The translations under genes and the position numbers were made by a program. Below, one piece after another: positions 24,601-29,723 of a stretch of DNA of 64,000 nucleotides. Below the pieces are notes generated by a model, which saw nothing but the letters and a program-made list of their open reading frames with translations, had not been told where the DNA came from and ran no database searches. Position 1 is the first letter of the stretch, and each line of letters starts with the position of its first letter. Source of the stretch: Minisyncoccota bacterium. GTDB taxonomy: Bacteria; Patescibacteriota; Minisyncoccia; Phycocordibacterales; UBA2100. The stretch is taken from contig JAGOVW010000003.1 in NCBI GenBank assembly GCA_018060545.1, positions 343 through 64,342 on the forward strand, read 5' to 3'.

Positions 24601-25897
24601 TCGTCTCATCTGCGTCGCTTTCAGAGAGGTCAAATTGAACGTTGTCTGATACTTCTGGATGCGCCGGTCCTTCGCCATCAATCACGTCTTGTGCCCGCTC
24701 TTTGTACAATGCGTCAATCCATAATGCATCGAGAAACAGCTGCTGCGATCCGGAACCATCGGCACGAACATACTCGAGCATCACCCGTGCCCCTTGAAAA
24801 TCTTCCCACGTGTCAATTTCATCAAGCGCCACTGAGAAAAAGCCGTTGTTGGTGTGGTTTGACAACTCTTTGTTAAGAAAAATTCCACCTGCTTCCTTCC
24901 ATCGGCCGTCCACAAAATAGCGCGCAACAACGTTGTCTTCCGCTCCTTCAAAAACCGGCTCATCACCTGCAAAAGAAAACACCAGCTCTGCTCCTACAAA
25001 AGGCTTCTCGGCCAAATCACCATACACACCAAAGCCTGAAAATTCGATAGTGTGGCACGGTGTACCATCGATGACACAGGTCGATATGTCTGGCGCTTGA
25101 GAGTGTGATGGAGTCGCTGCGTTTGTAGGCTCATTCTCTGTAACGGTCACCACCTCGACCGCAGCGTCTTGCTTGGGTGTGGTTGTTGACGTGACGTCTT
25201 CCAATTCCACACCATCGGTCGTTGTTGCAAATACAGGTGTGGTAAGTAGTGAAAGCAGTGAAAATGCGCCCTCACGTACAGCAAACGCAAGTGGCAGGGT
25301 GCTTCCGTCGTTCATACTCGTTGGCTCACTTATCACAGCAGGGACAACTTCAGGAGCAGCGTCAGGTACAACACTCTCAGTACTCTCTGCTTCCTGTGGT
25401 ACTACCACTTCTTCTGCCGCCGTGTCTTCAGGCACGGCGTCTGCTGTGCCCGCTTCTTCATTCGCTCCACCATCGATTACATTCGTAGATGTTTCCTGCG
25501 CAGGAGAAGCCTCCACGTCAGCATCGTTGTGTGTCGTGGATTCCACAACATCATCAACAGGAACGTCGATTGAGGTTGTCTCGGGCAGTGCCTCAGAACT
25601 TTCACCATGAATTACTGGGGCTTCAGAAGGCACCTGAGCATCTGCGCGAACGTACGCAGCAATATCTTCAGTAAAGCTTGCACGCACCGCATCCTCGGAA
25701 AGATCCTGAGTCAGTGCCTTCTCTGGGGCGTGCCACCCTTCTGCAGTAACAACAGTTGGGAAAATGTGCGCACGCTTCACCTCACGATACGCCATAACAA
25801 ACGAACTGGTCGCCCATAAGGTATAGCCAAGAATACCCAACACCACAGCGGTGACGGTGATAAATTTCCACGGGATTTTTGCAGTGCGAGGACTCAT
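6608..25897 (-). CDS. Giant (6429 aa) membrane-anchored surface protein. After the N-terminal TM anchor comes an acidic/Pro-rich linker, then FN3-like modules (TTYYWRVRA motifs), then long beta-helix/Gly-Thr-Ser-rich repeat tracts and a Cys-rich C-terminal region.
   Basis: A single uninterrupted 19.3-kb ORF. It has an N-terminal signal-anchor (ITVTAVVLGILGYTLWATSSFVMAY) and three FN3-like 'F..EKT..TP.F.F...DP....YQ.Q.D....F' + 'YYWRVRA' modules. Internal near-identical ~158-aa repeats (GSLYSQDHAAVDGDLYIWGEYARSTGSDYWSYATDFDGVALGGSSRQVDVRVATSS occurs twice) and a good 3rd-position GC bias are also present. Confidence 0.85.
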   Translation of the reverse strand: MSPRTAKIPWKFITVTAVVLGILGYTLWATSSFVMAYREVKRAHIFPTVVTAEGWHAPEKALTQDLSEDAVRASFTEDIAAYVRADAQVPSEAPVIHGESSEALPETTSIDVPVDDVVESTTHNDADVEASPAQETSTNVIDGGANEEAGTADAVPEDTAAEEVVVPQEAESTESVVPDAAPEVVPAVISEPTSMNDGSTLPLAFAVREGAFSLLSLLTTPVFATTTDGVELEDVTSTTTPKQDAAVEVVTVTENEPTNAATPSHSQAPDISTCVIDGTPCHTIEFSGFGVYGDLAEKPFVGAELVFSFAGDEPVFEGAEDNVVARYFVDGRWKEAGGIFLNKELSNHTNNGFFSVALDEIDTWEDFQGARVMLEYVRADGSGSQQLFLDALWIDALYKERAQDVIDGEGPAHPEVSDNVQFDLSESDADETMLVLDDGSAISFPLVDDIDEDVLTMRTDASSAKVLPGDGASVEKQFFVSVTNTGREEEYFELSAAFPQGSGELKSIAQFLRNVPEVVEHSVYEDVTFFCEGGWTEAVDEEGRHRCVATGQVEQCAWFNDTKENCTVAHVLVGTEKQTAYQSTWVPLAIGVPGIDWALFSPLPEGFVTTSVVAERILVLPEQTVYFRVTTALPNGGENPLILQASGERYYGDIDMRFLRNERDWLAQEEAAERDVAAKKVNRKLSEKSQFEGNEQPQFRFKFNSQRSFAARFADRLLGKKDTFAVRQARLKHTDGQFETVPVDIIYDSSGEWTLTLTKKPRGFRPGKYQMEVVIVEGRNTFTDTVEFYWGVLAINSHKSVYEPGENAALMMAALDDTGDTLCDAHLQLLVQAPEGPEQEVPIRTSGLCGHNNVVDVADYLADYVTGGIGTYAMTLTHFGEAGEVLHRINDAFEVRNDPSFVVERSGPTRIYPKEPYRMTLSITARRDFEGVITEAIPEDTILVDKADGSVEQYNGAIRLSWDVALAAGETKVISYVFDSPDISPYLYVFGPLTMKEGDAVAFEELRTWKVASDALGSYQEKYSSWTPTVAGAWQEKNLASAPFSVPANAVAEIAVVNGDFNTEVYGGVRHSTSTNDRRFQLHEAEPSGVTMMTMHVQVSATSSIQTYAEDTTNISFVLLGYWTDGRYVESFTQIDPTLTNNTWGIINLSSYGVSHGNVVEMALGNWDTVAEMNAGVRAASSSLSRLANIHESEANGVNGVTMMVRASSTNATIEGFAQVKGANGASVDFWLMGYWQTSPTGLLYTERFDDLGGPTSASTWTDRALDGFTVPPTGIAEVLYANAADANSSMIIGARTNASTLGRSFNIHEAETGGWSIGKAHVKAGSDASSTIEYFTDDTTNDQFRLLGYWAAANYPTDAPTLYGEPFESQKTGSSTPSFRFSASDPDGTSSILYQIQWDDDPTLDDAPIGDRSSDVETGCSPNCFQNIATPADTSPFNEGEQIRFTIPTSLVSGTTYYWRVRATDVSGSNLASEWSTVQSFTYVANTDPSQWFQTQDTQFETGTLSSVETSGNNAAELSLTPPDDALVAYGEGTVTTPRYRLWDGTAWGSEGSALDVGGIIQYVVTKAGTTRDEFVLATQDAVNDVNVQIFSATTTTWRNLQEVTAGVANNQRRGFDVAYETLSGDALVVFCDGDADPAYYVWNGSVWTGPTSINIGSALNCEYIKLASDPVSDEIILVERNTGSIYEAQVWDGSGWSFSQTLGSMSDAAHEGIAVEYEESGEQAMVVVSNAGNANFAWATWDGALLDWSIPTTQAIGNDFEWGILRQDDGSDQLGLCYGDQDDDMGSLIWDGAGWAVFAAATNEFETTGTTNNRAGSGTIEGTPVTCEFETTAGRDGYLMIPYSDNTAARSQYWNGTAHSGESTLPTIQDSWRVTSARAGDGDILALYHDDLNGLFDFSYWDGTSWSAAQTLENSPSVTAAPFREPISIAAKVYQSNSGTIQSDPIAFSSVPNRTTWGEALWSTNEPSGTDVTVQVMYESGGVCSSLLPDGVLTGNSTGFQASASPIDLSSVSTTTYSSLCLKATLTSSNTYVPSLTDWTLSWERSPYLTQEHYRWYVNTNAATPSDVWPSGASEVVTDAAIQIADGAPSLNDVLRLRMTILVSNVALSSSALSLTLQYAADANCSAGSEWFEVGEIGSTTAPWRGYNNAGVSDGATLPSVLLTTADVAATYEEENDSATNPNSISTTQEGEWDWVLQHNATEGTNYCFRVITSEGETLNAYSTYPALVTNAKPTAPSLMKLFDNEKTASTTPWFEFTAEDPESNDMTYQVQIDDTYDFSSAVVDRDSQTNFTEFSNVTTPADKDPFTAGQTIRFIPTTALSNGTTYYWRVRAKDRNNSNTWSSWSTIYSLTVDTSITVATWHQTRLEQFDTNSFEDTEATSTHDVVLTPPLTLGTTTSSAIDFDNGSSGNAWGSLSWTDNETTGDIRYHIEYLDSSAAWVTVPDTDLSGNHAGFGSGSPVSLLSLSPTTYNQIRVRANLTSIGGSPRLNDWTVSWGYAVGQATSTAPFDNEKVGTTTPTFRFGSDDPQNDSLIYEVSISTTQDFTASTTRRSDLHSGFTNTASSTDTSPFKDNNSIAFHLQQADALTNGVTYWWRVRAIDPAPGAGVWSVWSDLQSFTIDTSVTVSTWFQTTDDQFETDTLSSVETYGSNIARISTTIREAFMAYAEGTTQAPRYRIWTGTAWGSELSGVSTGDTIRFVEAAASPTRDEYIVGTLGSTGVVKTQVYNGTTDSFGNIKEVESTVANALARGFDVAYETSSGDAMVVSCRGTEAVFSVWNGTSWTATSSIALGTTGNCEWVRLAADPASDEMVLVVRSAIAGATDYEAQIWNGTAWGVSPMTMGSQLVANAEGMFVEYEESGGQAVVGVANGANNNFIWNAWNGSGWDGTNTAGVQNDFANGRLVRDVGSDRMGLCYIDIDSDLGFLEWSGSGWNTFAEFEGTGNTTNGFHARPVSCEFETTAGRDGYLMMMHSDSLIVEYEYWTGSGSATTPAQISTLGDSWEVRSARTGDGNILALTYNDGDTQYDFSYWNGTQWSTAQIIETNSIPTLTPATIPLDIVARRYPTFNSGTITSSELDFDSGTGPKWQRLLFSDSTPGASDILYQIEYFTSTSSWAVIPNVDLAGNMTGTSTSPLDISNLNRITYNQIRLVANLACAAGICPSLNDWTIEWSDGITLSGTAKQYDETTNVTSGTVAVAVNGVLQAGKTGTISAGAWSIPSVTAFAGDVITVFVDGAADNSEAVALTVYDGTGDITGMQLFEQHVSLGSQDVPTMTNANISQYDNSISGDEDIFFEVDAGNDFAACGLAECTQVKLYVASSTTFRPDSTSGGNVTTHDLVLNGYFTADGNTITATGSWDNNGTFTKDTSTVILTATSTTETIDGTGATTTTFYNLTFGQTSGAATWNLSSALDVDGALNLTYGTLNQNGNKAINVASNMTISTNGVFTKGTATTTFDGTGSSTFTDNTVAKQDMGIVTVDGSTKTLLLGAASKMTDVTIGADDILSVNNNYALEVLGNFINNNSFVAQSGTVTFTATDTGNTITPGTSSFYNMTFNGVGGNWAFTGSTLTAGNNFTIATGTVTMPTATTTVTGNFDNTGGTFMHNNGILLLNAASAKTIRTNGSSLYDTVFNGTGSWSFLETTATSSRHVTLTAGTVTLPSGTFAIGGSLSKNGGTMTHNSGTLRFTAATAQTIRLNGSDVYNLTFNGTGGSWSFVDTHATATNAIRIEQGALTLPSGVFAVGGSWLSSVGTFTHNSGTVKFNSTDSGESINPGASPFYSMSFDAVGGGWTIASHATSTNNTSITRAASFTLASGQTLEVGGTFTNSMGGATTTWTGSTLFLNSGTAYSVNTKAQSGDTYETLRIGANTDIKLWNSSASGYTVDATGSLYSQDHAAVDGDLYIWGQYTPTGNEFWSYATDFDGTALGGSSRQVDVRLGSGASVFVGSNTLQILGGSAASTTVANQGSGTYALQVGTGATLQAQYYQVRNTDANGLWISGTATVNNLSDGDFELGTNGGTMITVAGTAIDQNPALQIQRGAFATSTGISSGFNVVATGTPTSYWWFRNHSGNYDGEDYDTDPTGNPGNVRWDNSGFSITVSGNVYASEGSGAIGNPPCDGSAVVRIVVDGGSAYTGTCDGGTGAYSIPGVSFAGDAVLTAYLNTNGGKRAVTVTKTPTADITNLDLYENTLIVRHEDTAAITIANLALYDSSNDADIFFTAATGSPDTLTVAPENELHILAGKTFAPGGNITLESGGSGDARDGRLHVGVGSTFTGAGTESHAIGGGLVIESSGTFTPANTTLTLTATTTGKVLSTVSPLTLYNLVLNGVGGGWLLSGTGTTTVQNGLTLTAGTLGGTGDLVVQSGDVAGAGTITMTGGTVRIESTGNFANSNPWQFRNLTLGNGVAARTTTKTGSATTTVAGTLTVAANHTLAAGSSAWVLTGGGTPLVVGGTFTVQTAPFSFVATTTTSVLDETYALLHLAPAAAGSPTFTVQGGTLTAGNLVVGDGTNPVTVTLNTNDPSTNVTGNLTIGSGATLVASNVGALDVGGSWLNTGTFTHSSGSVLFNSTDTGEVVASGGSLFNSVNFNSSSGGWTITENATSSGSFSITNANSFTLNPGITLEVDGTFTNSVGGSATTWTGSNLYLNSASSYSMNTKTAGGDVYNTLLIGANTDVRSWNTSAGTTTVNSTGSLYSQDHAAVDGDLYIWGEYARSTGSDYWSYATDFDGVALGGSSRQVDVRVATSSTLTYSGGLLDIIGDAAASTTIDVQGTGAYAFSVSGGTFNASYYVLRNTNASGLNITGSPTVTSLSNGDFELAVNGGTMLTVAGSVITANPLKIFTRNTFATSTGISSGFNVRATGSTASSWKFNLHYGNYDGESFNDDPAGDPGYIRWDDSSSDITIEGHVYSDEGTSVSSVCDGITPVVRLMVQGAGSYTSSCDGTGLYSITGVFFNPGDTLTVFLDTNGGVRAANVSVDPITNITDMDLYENRVIVRHEDTTPINIADMVIYDADDDSDIPFTATDAVTDTLVLPAEKKLIVWNSKTFAPAGNITVNSGGSGNAWDGSLEVQTGATLTAAGTQSHAVGGSFTLGSGATFASASSTVTLTATTTGKTINPQSSSFYNLVFNGVGGNWSFASGNATTTGDVTVTNGTLTMPSGTLSVAGSFDNSGGTIMHNNGTLYLNAAAIGKNIRTNNSNLYNLTLNGAGGAWSFLDTNATTSNNFTVTAGSTTLPAGIFAVGGSFANTGTFNHHGGMVKFTAAAIGKTIQASGSNFYDLVLNGTGGAWTFLDTNATTSNNFTLTTGSTTLPAGIFAVGGSFANAGTFNHNTGTVAFYANTTGKTVAVGGSLFYGARFNSSSGGWTITENATSSGSFSITNANSFTLNPGITLEVDGTFTNSVGGSATTWTGSNLYLNSASSYSMNTKTAGGDVYNTLLIGANTDVRSWNTSAGTTTVNSTGSLYSQDHAAVDGDLYIWGEYARSTGSDYWSYATDFDGVALGGSSRQVDVRVATSSSVTISGTGGLQAVGVAGASTTIAIYGSTGTYTWAVSGGTLNMNYYQVRNTDANGLNITGSPTVTSLSNGDFELSTDGGTMLTLAGSAIDANASKQVDSVRFATSTGVSTGYNVTRTGSPITAWDFSNHLGNYDGEAFDSDGGDSCGAVRWDDSTCLFVSQEHYRWRNDDGTEGALDSEWYSASWSKRQKIAVTNGTSTAFTNFPVEIQVAYDADMQSDFDDLRFTSDDGTTLLNYWREESSASVSSTVWVELPTLAANGSATIYMYYGNGGVAGADDGTAVFDYFDDFEDDNISEYSGDTTLFDTDTTFNHNYVYGLDAGANSADQTTSGIRRTGSLTAQGKTIRFFQYVDSTQDDEPCTLFGVGGSGSNYAVCLDEYPTDRLVLAKNVTSNDGSGTHIASTTVSYSTGWYEVVVDWHVGNTIVATVYDDTGAEFASTTATDSTHTSGGVGFSFWGQHGGWDFYSVRTYTQVEPTYIFGAEQGSGGATWKAAEDTALSAQSIGENVRLRFSVQNTGAAIFSQNFRLQYAAKGSALNCESVPYVNYNDVPTTSGGCGSSPACMTTTAEYTDQAGTAGLLSYPANLSYSLGKVIEDPSNQTSSTTIAANAATEVEYNFELTANATDPAYCFRTSDGGLDLDNYDRVAEVALLHTPEIAGFNLNNDLSITLTEGATTTVYATGTVTDLNGYADLLFATTTIYRSGVGVTCSADENNCYQVASTSCSFSNCAGNSCTLSCRADLQYFAEATDAPSAYPSENWLARVFIQDSSGERVFDTIAVPVEVLTVFGLAVNTADIDFGSLEVGSNTAGVNEQTTILNTGNSSIDIQVAGTDLAGSEGSIAVGEQKFATSTFTYGACAICQFLTGSATNVEVDLPKTTASTSPSSDDVYWGLNVPTGTKAELHQGTNTFIATSD
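9357..9829. repeat. Intragenic repeat copy A: 473-bp core identical to 11664..12136, part of a ~2.3-kb tandem unit inside the giant gene
   Basis: Direct comparison of the two stretches. They are identical from gtcgccacccgcacatccacctggcg... to ...ccacctgaggaggagttgaa at an offset of 2307 bp. Confidence 0.8.
11664..12136. repeat. Intragenic repeat copy B (identical core to 9357..9829)
   Basis: Same as copy A. The flanks are similar but diverged (e.g. 9121.. versus 11431..). Confidence 0.8.
14089..14560. repeat. Intragenic repeat copy C: diverged (~80% by eye) third unit of the same tandem repeat
   Basis: cgcacatccacctggcgcgaactgccaccaagcgc...ccatcgaaatccgtcgcatagctccag aligns with copies A and B at offset ~2415 bp. 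The protein-level repeat is GSLYSQDHAAVDGDLYIWGQYTPTGNEFWSYATDFDGTALGGSSRQVDVRL. The end coordinate is approximate. Confidence 0.55.
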
Positions 25898-26094
25898 GGA
25901 AAATCAGCGAAAATGCAGGCAATACAAAGCAGCACTAGGCGTAGTGCCTGCCCGCTAATTTTATCAGTTTTTACAAGGTTTTTTGGCTAAAATTGGCCGA
26001 AAATGTGTACAAGAAACAGCCACATGCATGGCTTACAATAAGGCTTTTTTGCCCTTTTCACATACGGCCACGCACTCACGCATTCAGCAACGTG

Positions 26095-27621
26095 TTACTG
26101 CTGTGCACGCACAAGCTTTTTCAGGTCCTCAATGGCCGTGTCCATCAAGCCTTCGGAGATGTCCAGAACCTCTTTAATCTCTTCAAGAAGCGCACGTTCC
26201 TCGGTGGTCAGTTGGGGCTTTGGGTCGAAGTCATTGATCAGTTGCTCGAACTCTTCACGCATCGCCGAAAAGACACGGTCGTTCTTTTCTCGAACCTCGA
26301 GCACGCGCTGCAACAGCTGCCCATGATCTTGCTGCCCTGTTTGTCGCGAGTGCATGTTCCACGCAACAAAGCCACCCGTCGTTAACGCAAACACAATCAA
26401 GAGCATGCGCTCAATGGTCCACGGTGACTGATTCGCTGCAGGATCCTCTGCTCCCTTTGCACTGGGTTTATCAACTTTCGGTAGATCGAGTTCGGCCTGG
26501 GTTTCGCGCGCATTACCTGCCCTATCGTACGCCCGCACCAATACCGTGCGTACCCCACCCTCTTGAGGCGGCACGAGATAGGTCCCATTACTCATGTCTT
26601 GCTCACGAATACTCAATACGGCCCCGTCTCCTATTTTGAGATCATAGTGATCAAGGCCAGAGAGCGCATCGGCACTTTTAAAGGCAAACTTGGCTGGCTC
26701 ACCTTCGCCCACAGTGGCAAGCGTTACAGAAAACTCGTCTGGCAATACGGTATCAATCTGCACTTTCCTCTTAGCCACCTCTCCCCACCCAAACTCATTT
26801 CTGAATTGTGCATAGAAGTACCACACACCATCGGCGACTCCTTCAATTTTCTGATCTACCGCGGTTGGTTTTTGCACCACGGTTGGTTTGTCATCTTCCT
26901 TTTCTGAAAGCAGCGTGCGCACACCGGTCACATCAGCAGGTGGCTTCCATGAAAAATGCACCGTCGACGTGCTATACCAAAGATCTGGCTTCTGATGGGT
27001 GTTTGAGTTAAGGACTGGTGCGATCGGCGTGATACTTGCGTCACCTTCCACATCAACAGCGGCTTCCGGCTCTTCTGCGACCGGCTCAGCTTTCGGTGGT
27101 GGCGGTGGTGGCTCTGCAGCGGCAGCAGCAATCACGAAACTCCCTTCGTTTCCCTTCGAATACACGTTGGTACCCTTTCCATCGGCAGCAAGAACGGATC
27201 CTTTGGTAAAACTCGTTTTTGCAGACCCTTCCGCTTTCGCCTTAAACTTGATGGTCAAAATCGTGCCCTGAGTCGTAAAGGCGGTCGGCGTTCCGCCACT
27301 AAACTGAATCGTGCCTGCGGTATTTGAAAATGCGGGGTCAGCCGTCCACAACGAAAAGACTGAACCATCTTTCGAGACACTTGAAACGGAGAGCAGATCT
27401 TTATCAAATGAAATTTCACCGTCGGCTGCGTTGATACTCGTTCCATTCGGATTAACCGAAACTTGTACTGAGAATTCCTTACCAACAGAAAAATTTCCCG
27501 TTACCGGTGAAAAAAGGAGGTCTGCCGCATACAAGGTACTCGGCAACGAAAAAAGAATAGAGAAGAAAAGCGCACTAGTGGCAGCGCGGAGCCGGTGACT
27601 TGTAACTGTAGGTACGGTCAT
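26095..27621 (-). CDS. Hypothetical secreted/membrane-anchored protein (signal peptide, Pro-rich linker, C-terminal TM and coiled-coil tail)
   Basis: The ORF is 26095..27663. The likely start is the internal Met (MTVPTVTSHRLRAATSALFFSILFSLPSTLYA, a signal peptide). It contains a PPPPPK linker and a hydrophobic LLIVFALTTGGFVAW segment near the C-terminus. Confidence 0.5.
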   Translation of the reverse strand: MTVPTVTSHRLRAATSALFFSILFSLPSTLYAADLLFSPVTGNFSVGKEFSVQVSVNPNGTSINAADGEISFDKDLLSVSSVSKDGSVFSLWTADPAFSNTAGTIQFSGGTPTAFTTQGTILTIKFKAKAEGSAKTSFTKGSVLAADGKGTNVYSKGNEGSFVIAAAAAEPPPPPPKAEPVAEEPEAAVDVEGDASITPIAPVLNSNTHQKPDLWYSTSTVHFSWKPPADVTGVRTLLSEKEDDKPTVVQKPTAVDQKIEGVADGVWYFYAQFRNEFGWGEVAKRKVQIDTVLPDEFSVTLATVGEGEPAKFAFKSADALSGLDHYDLKIGDGAVLSIREQDMSNGTYLVPPQEGGVRTVLVRAYDRAGNARETQAELDLPKVDKPSAKGAEDPAANQSPWTIERMLLIVFALTTGGFVAWNMHSRQTGQQDHGQLLQRVLEVREKNDRVFSAMREEFEQLINDFDPKPQLTTEERALLEEIKEVLDISEGLMDTAIEDLKKLVRAQQ

Positions 27622-27665
27622 ATTGATGCGTAGCGCATCGCGAGAGCACTCTGCACACAGCAACG

Positions 27666-28145
27666 CTACACTGCTGTGACGTTGATTCGCACTCCACTCT
27701 CTACCGAACGCTTAAGTGGCAAATAGAGCATCAACACTCCTTCACGCATTTTTGCCTCAGTCTTCGCAGCATCCACTTCCGCGGGAAGAATGATTTGTCG
27801 ATAAAACTTTCCCCACGAACATTCTTCAAGAACACTCTCCTTACCTTCGCTTTCCGGGTGGTCGAAGTGCTCTCCACTAGGGCGATTGCGCTGCCCTTTG
27901 ATGGTTACCACATCGCCATCGCCATCAATGGTGACACCGTAGTCATGAACACTTGAGCCAGCAATCTGCGCGTAGATAACAATCGCGTTTGGTGTTTGGT
28001 AAATATCTACCTTCAATTGCTCTGCGATTGCACCCCCTTCTTCCGGTGGCTTATTCTGTGCTTCAATTTTATCTTTTTTTGCATCATCGGGAGTCGTAGG
28101 AAGTACGTCCTTCTTTTTTAGTCTTTCAAGAAATGATGATGACAT
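27666..28145 (-). CDS. Hsp20/alpha-crystallin family small heat-shock protein
   Basis: The alpha-crystallin domain core is present (..DIYQTPNAIVIYAQIAGSSVHDYGVTIDGDGDVVTIKGQR..). The annotated ORF starts at 28214, but the native start is probably the internal MSSSFLERL. Confidence 0.8.
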   Translation of the reverse strand: MSSSFLERLKKKDVLPTTPDDAKKDKIEAQNKPPEEGGAIAEQLKVDIYQTPNAIVIYAQIAGSSVHDYGVTIDGDGDVVTIKGQRNRPSGEHFDHPESEGKESVLEECSWGKFYRQIILPAEVDAAKTEAKMREGVLMLYLPLKRSVESGVRINVTAV

Positions 28146-28209
28146 AGTGTGGTGAGGTCCATCGCTGGTACACAAGTGATTATAGCGGTGCATCATGCAA
28201 CGCAATGCG

Positions 28210-28229
28210 CACACATGCGCACATGTGTG
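28210..28229. promoter_or_regulatory. Perfect palindrome CACACATG-CGCA-CATGTGTG upstream of the hsp20 start (candidate operator or structure)
   Basis: Seen directly. 8-bp arms with a 4-bp spacer, ~65-85 nt upstream of the putative Hsp20 start. It matches neither CIRCE nor HAIR consensus. Confidence 0.3.
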
Positions 28230-28270
28230 GATATCATTAGTATTTTTTCCGTATAAAACGAAAAAAATAT

Positions 28271-28855
28271 TTATTCGGAGAATGTATGCGTTCCTGGATA
28301 CAACGTCACATCACTGAACGGAAACAGACGAGTGAATGCTCGGCCAACAATAAAACGTTCGTGAAGTTGCCCCCACACGCGTGAATCCGAACTTGCTGGA
28401 CGATTGTCTCCCATCACGAAATATTCATTGTCGGATAGTTTTGTGCTTACGTTCGCACTTTTTGTTTTAACGTCGTGCAAGTATGGTTCATCAAGAATAA
28501 ACGACGTGCCATCTTTTTTTTCAATCGTGACCAGATTGTTTTCAATGCGCACCCGCTCACCCGGAAGTCCGATAATGCGCTTTACAAAGAAAACACGTGC
28601 ATCAAGCGGGTAGCGGAAAATGATGACATCACCACGCTGTGGCTCATTAACGCGATAAGACACTTTATCAATAACTAAATAATCACGTGGCTCAAAAGTC
28701 GGGACCATTGAAGTCCCGGACACGATGAATGGCTGGGCGATGAACATGCGTACGGGGAGCACAATAGCCATAGCGATGACGCTATAGAGAAACATTTCAC
28801 CCAAGACGCTCCGTCCCTGGGAAGGTTCTGGCGGTGTAGTAGTCTGATCTGGCAT
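28271..28855 (-). CDS. lepB: Signal peptidase I
   Basis: S26 boxes are present: SGTSMVPTF (catalytic Ser box), KRIIGLPGE and GDNRPASSDSR. There is a TM segment near the N-terminus. The ORF extends to 28918 but the likely start is the internal MPDQTTTPP. Confidence 0.8.
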   Translation of the reverse strand: MPDQTTTPPEPSQGRSVLGEMFLYSVIAMAIVLPVRMFIAQPFIVSGTSMVPTFEPRDYLVIDKVSYRVNEPQRGDVIIFRYPLDARVFFVKRIIGLPGERVRIENNLVTIEKKDGTSFILDEPYLHDVKTKSANVSTKLSDNEYFVMGDNRPASSDSRVWGQLHERFIVGRAFTRLFPFSDVTLYPGTHTFSE

Positions 28856-28954
28856 CGAAACAGTATACCCGCACACCTTGCGCCGCCAAGCGCCAACGGT
28901 GTGCGGGTATATCTGCATGTCAGCAGTACCGGCAAAAAAACGCAGCCCGCCGCA

Positions 28955-29632
28955 CTATTTCAATTCAACTGAGGTAATGACCACCGGCTCAACTGGGCGA
29001 TCGTTTGGCCCTGTCTCAACAGAGCTAATCATCATCACAATATCCAACCCTTCTGTTACTTTTCCAAATACGGTGTGCTTAGGGTCAAGAAAGCCGTTGT
29101 CCTTTGTGTTGATGAAGAACTGGCTGCCGTTTGTGTTGGGGCCAGCGTTTGCCATAGAGATAGTGCCGGCAACGTTTTTATTCTGTGTCGTTATTTCATC
29201 GGCAAACGTGTAGCCTGGGCCACCAGTTCCCCAGCGTGCCATTTGTGCATCGTCCTTCGAGAGCGGGTCGCCACCTTGGATCATGAAATCTTTAATGACG
29301 CGGTGAAACTTGGTTTCATTGTAGAAGCCCTCACGTGCCAGCTTAACGAAGTTTGCCACGGTGTTTGGAGTAACGGTACCGAACAACTCGATAGTGATGT
29401 CACCCTTGTTGGTATGTAGTGTTGCGTTCATAACATTTTTATCAGTGTCTTGCGGTTGAGTTGATTCTTCCGTGCGCACCTCTCCTGTAGGGGGTGTATT
29501 TGGCTGAGGCGCAGCAGTGTCGCCATACGGAGCGGTTTCAACAACAGGAGCGGACGTGCCCCCTTTTGCGAAAACCCAATACCCTCCCAGTAACACAATC
29601 GTGAGCCCAACAACTACCGCAAGACTTTTCAT
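28955..29632 (-). CDS. Cyclophilin-type peptidyl-prolyl cis-trans isomerase, exported or membrane-anchored
   Basis: N-terminal signal/TM (MKSLAVVVGLTIVLLGGYWVFA). Cyclophilin motifs are present: HRVIKDFMIQGGDP, GTISMANAGPNTNGSQFFI, HTVFGKV. Confidence 0.85.
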   Translation of the reverse strand: MKSLAVVVGLTIVLLGGYWVFAKGGTSAPVVETAPYGDTAAPQPNTPPTGEVRTEESTQPQDTDKNVMNATLHTNKGDITIELFGTVTPNTVANFVKLAREGFYNETKFHRVIKDFMIQGGDPLSKDDAQMARWGTGGPGYTFADEITTQNKNVAGTISMANAGPNTNGSQFFINTKDNGFLDPKHTVFGKVTEGLDIVMMISSVETGPNDRPVEPVVITSVELK

Positions 29633-29723
29633 GATTTATTAATTGATTATCTAAGCAATGCCAAGAGTGTATCACAGTGACTCTTTTCGCCATATAACAA
29701 CGGCGACACCCGCTGTGTGGCGG

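Noticed and set aside
6624-25819. Dozens of 60-230-aa ORFs on both strands inside 6608..25897 (e.g. 12642..13340, 14580..15245, 21059..21727, 13144..13827)
   Set aside because: All lie within the single 6429-aa ORF. They are alternative-frame or antisense reading frames of a repetitive, codon-biased giant gene. Several even recur because the underlying DNA is repeated.
25983-26385. 130-aa plus-strand ORF in the region upstream of the giant gene
   Set aside because: Mostly antisense to the 522-aa minus-strand gene. No RBS. Likely spurious. The true intergenic region 25898..26094 is probably promoter or 5' UTR of the giant gene.
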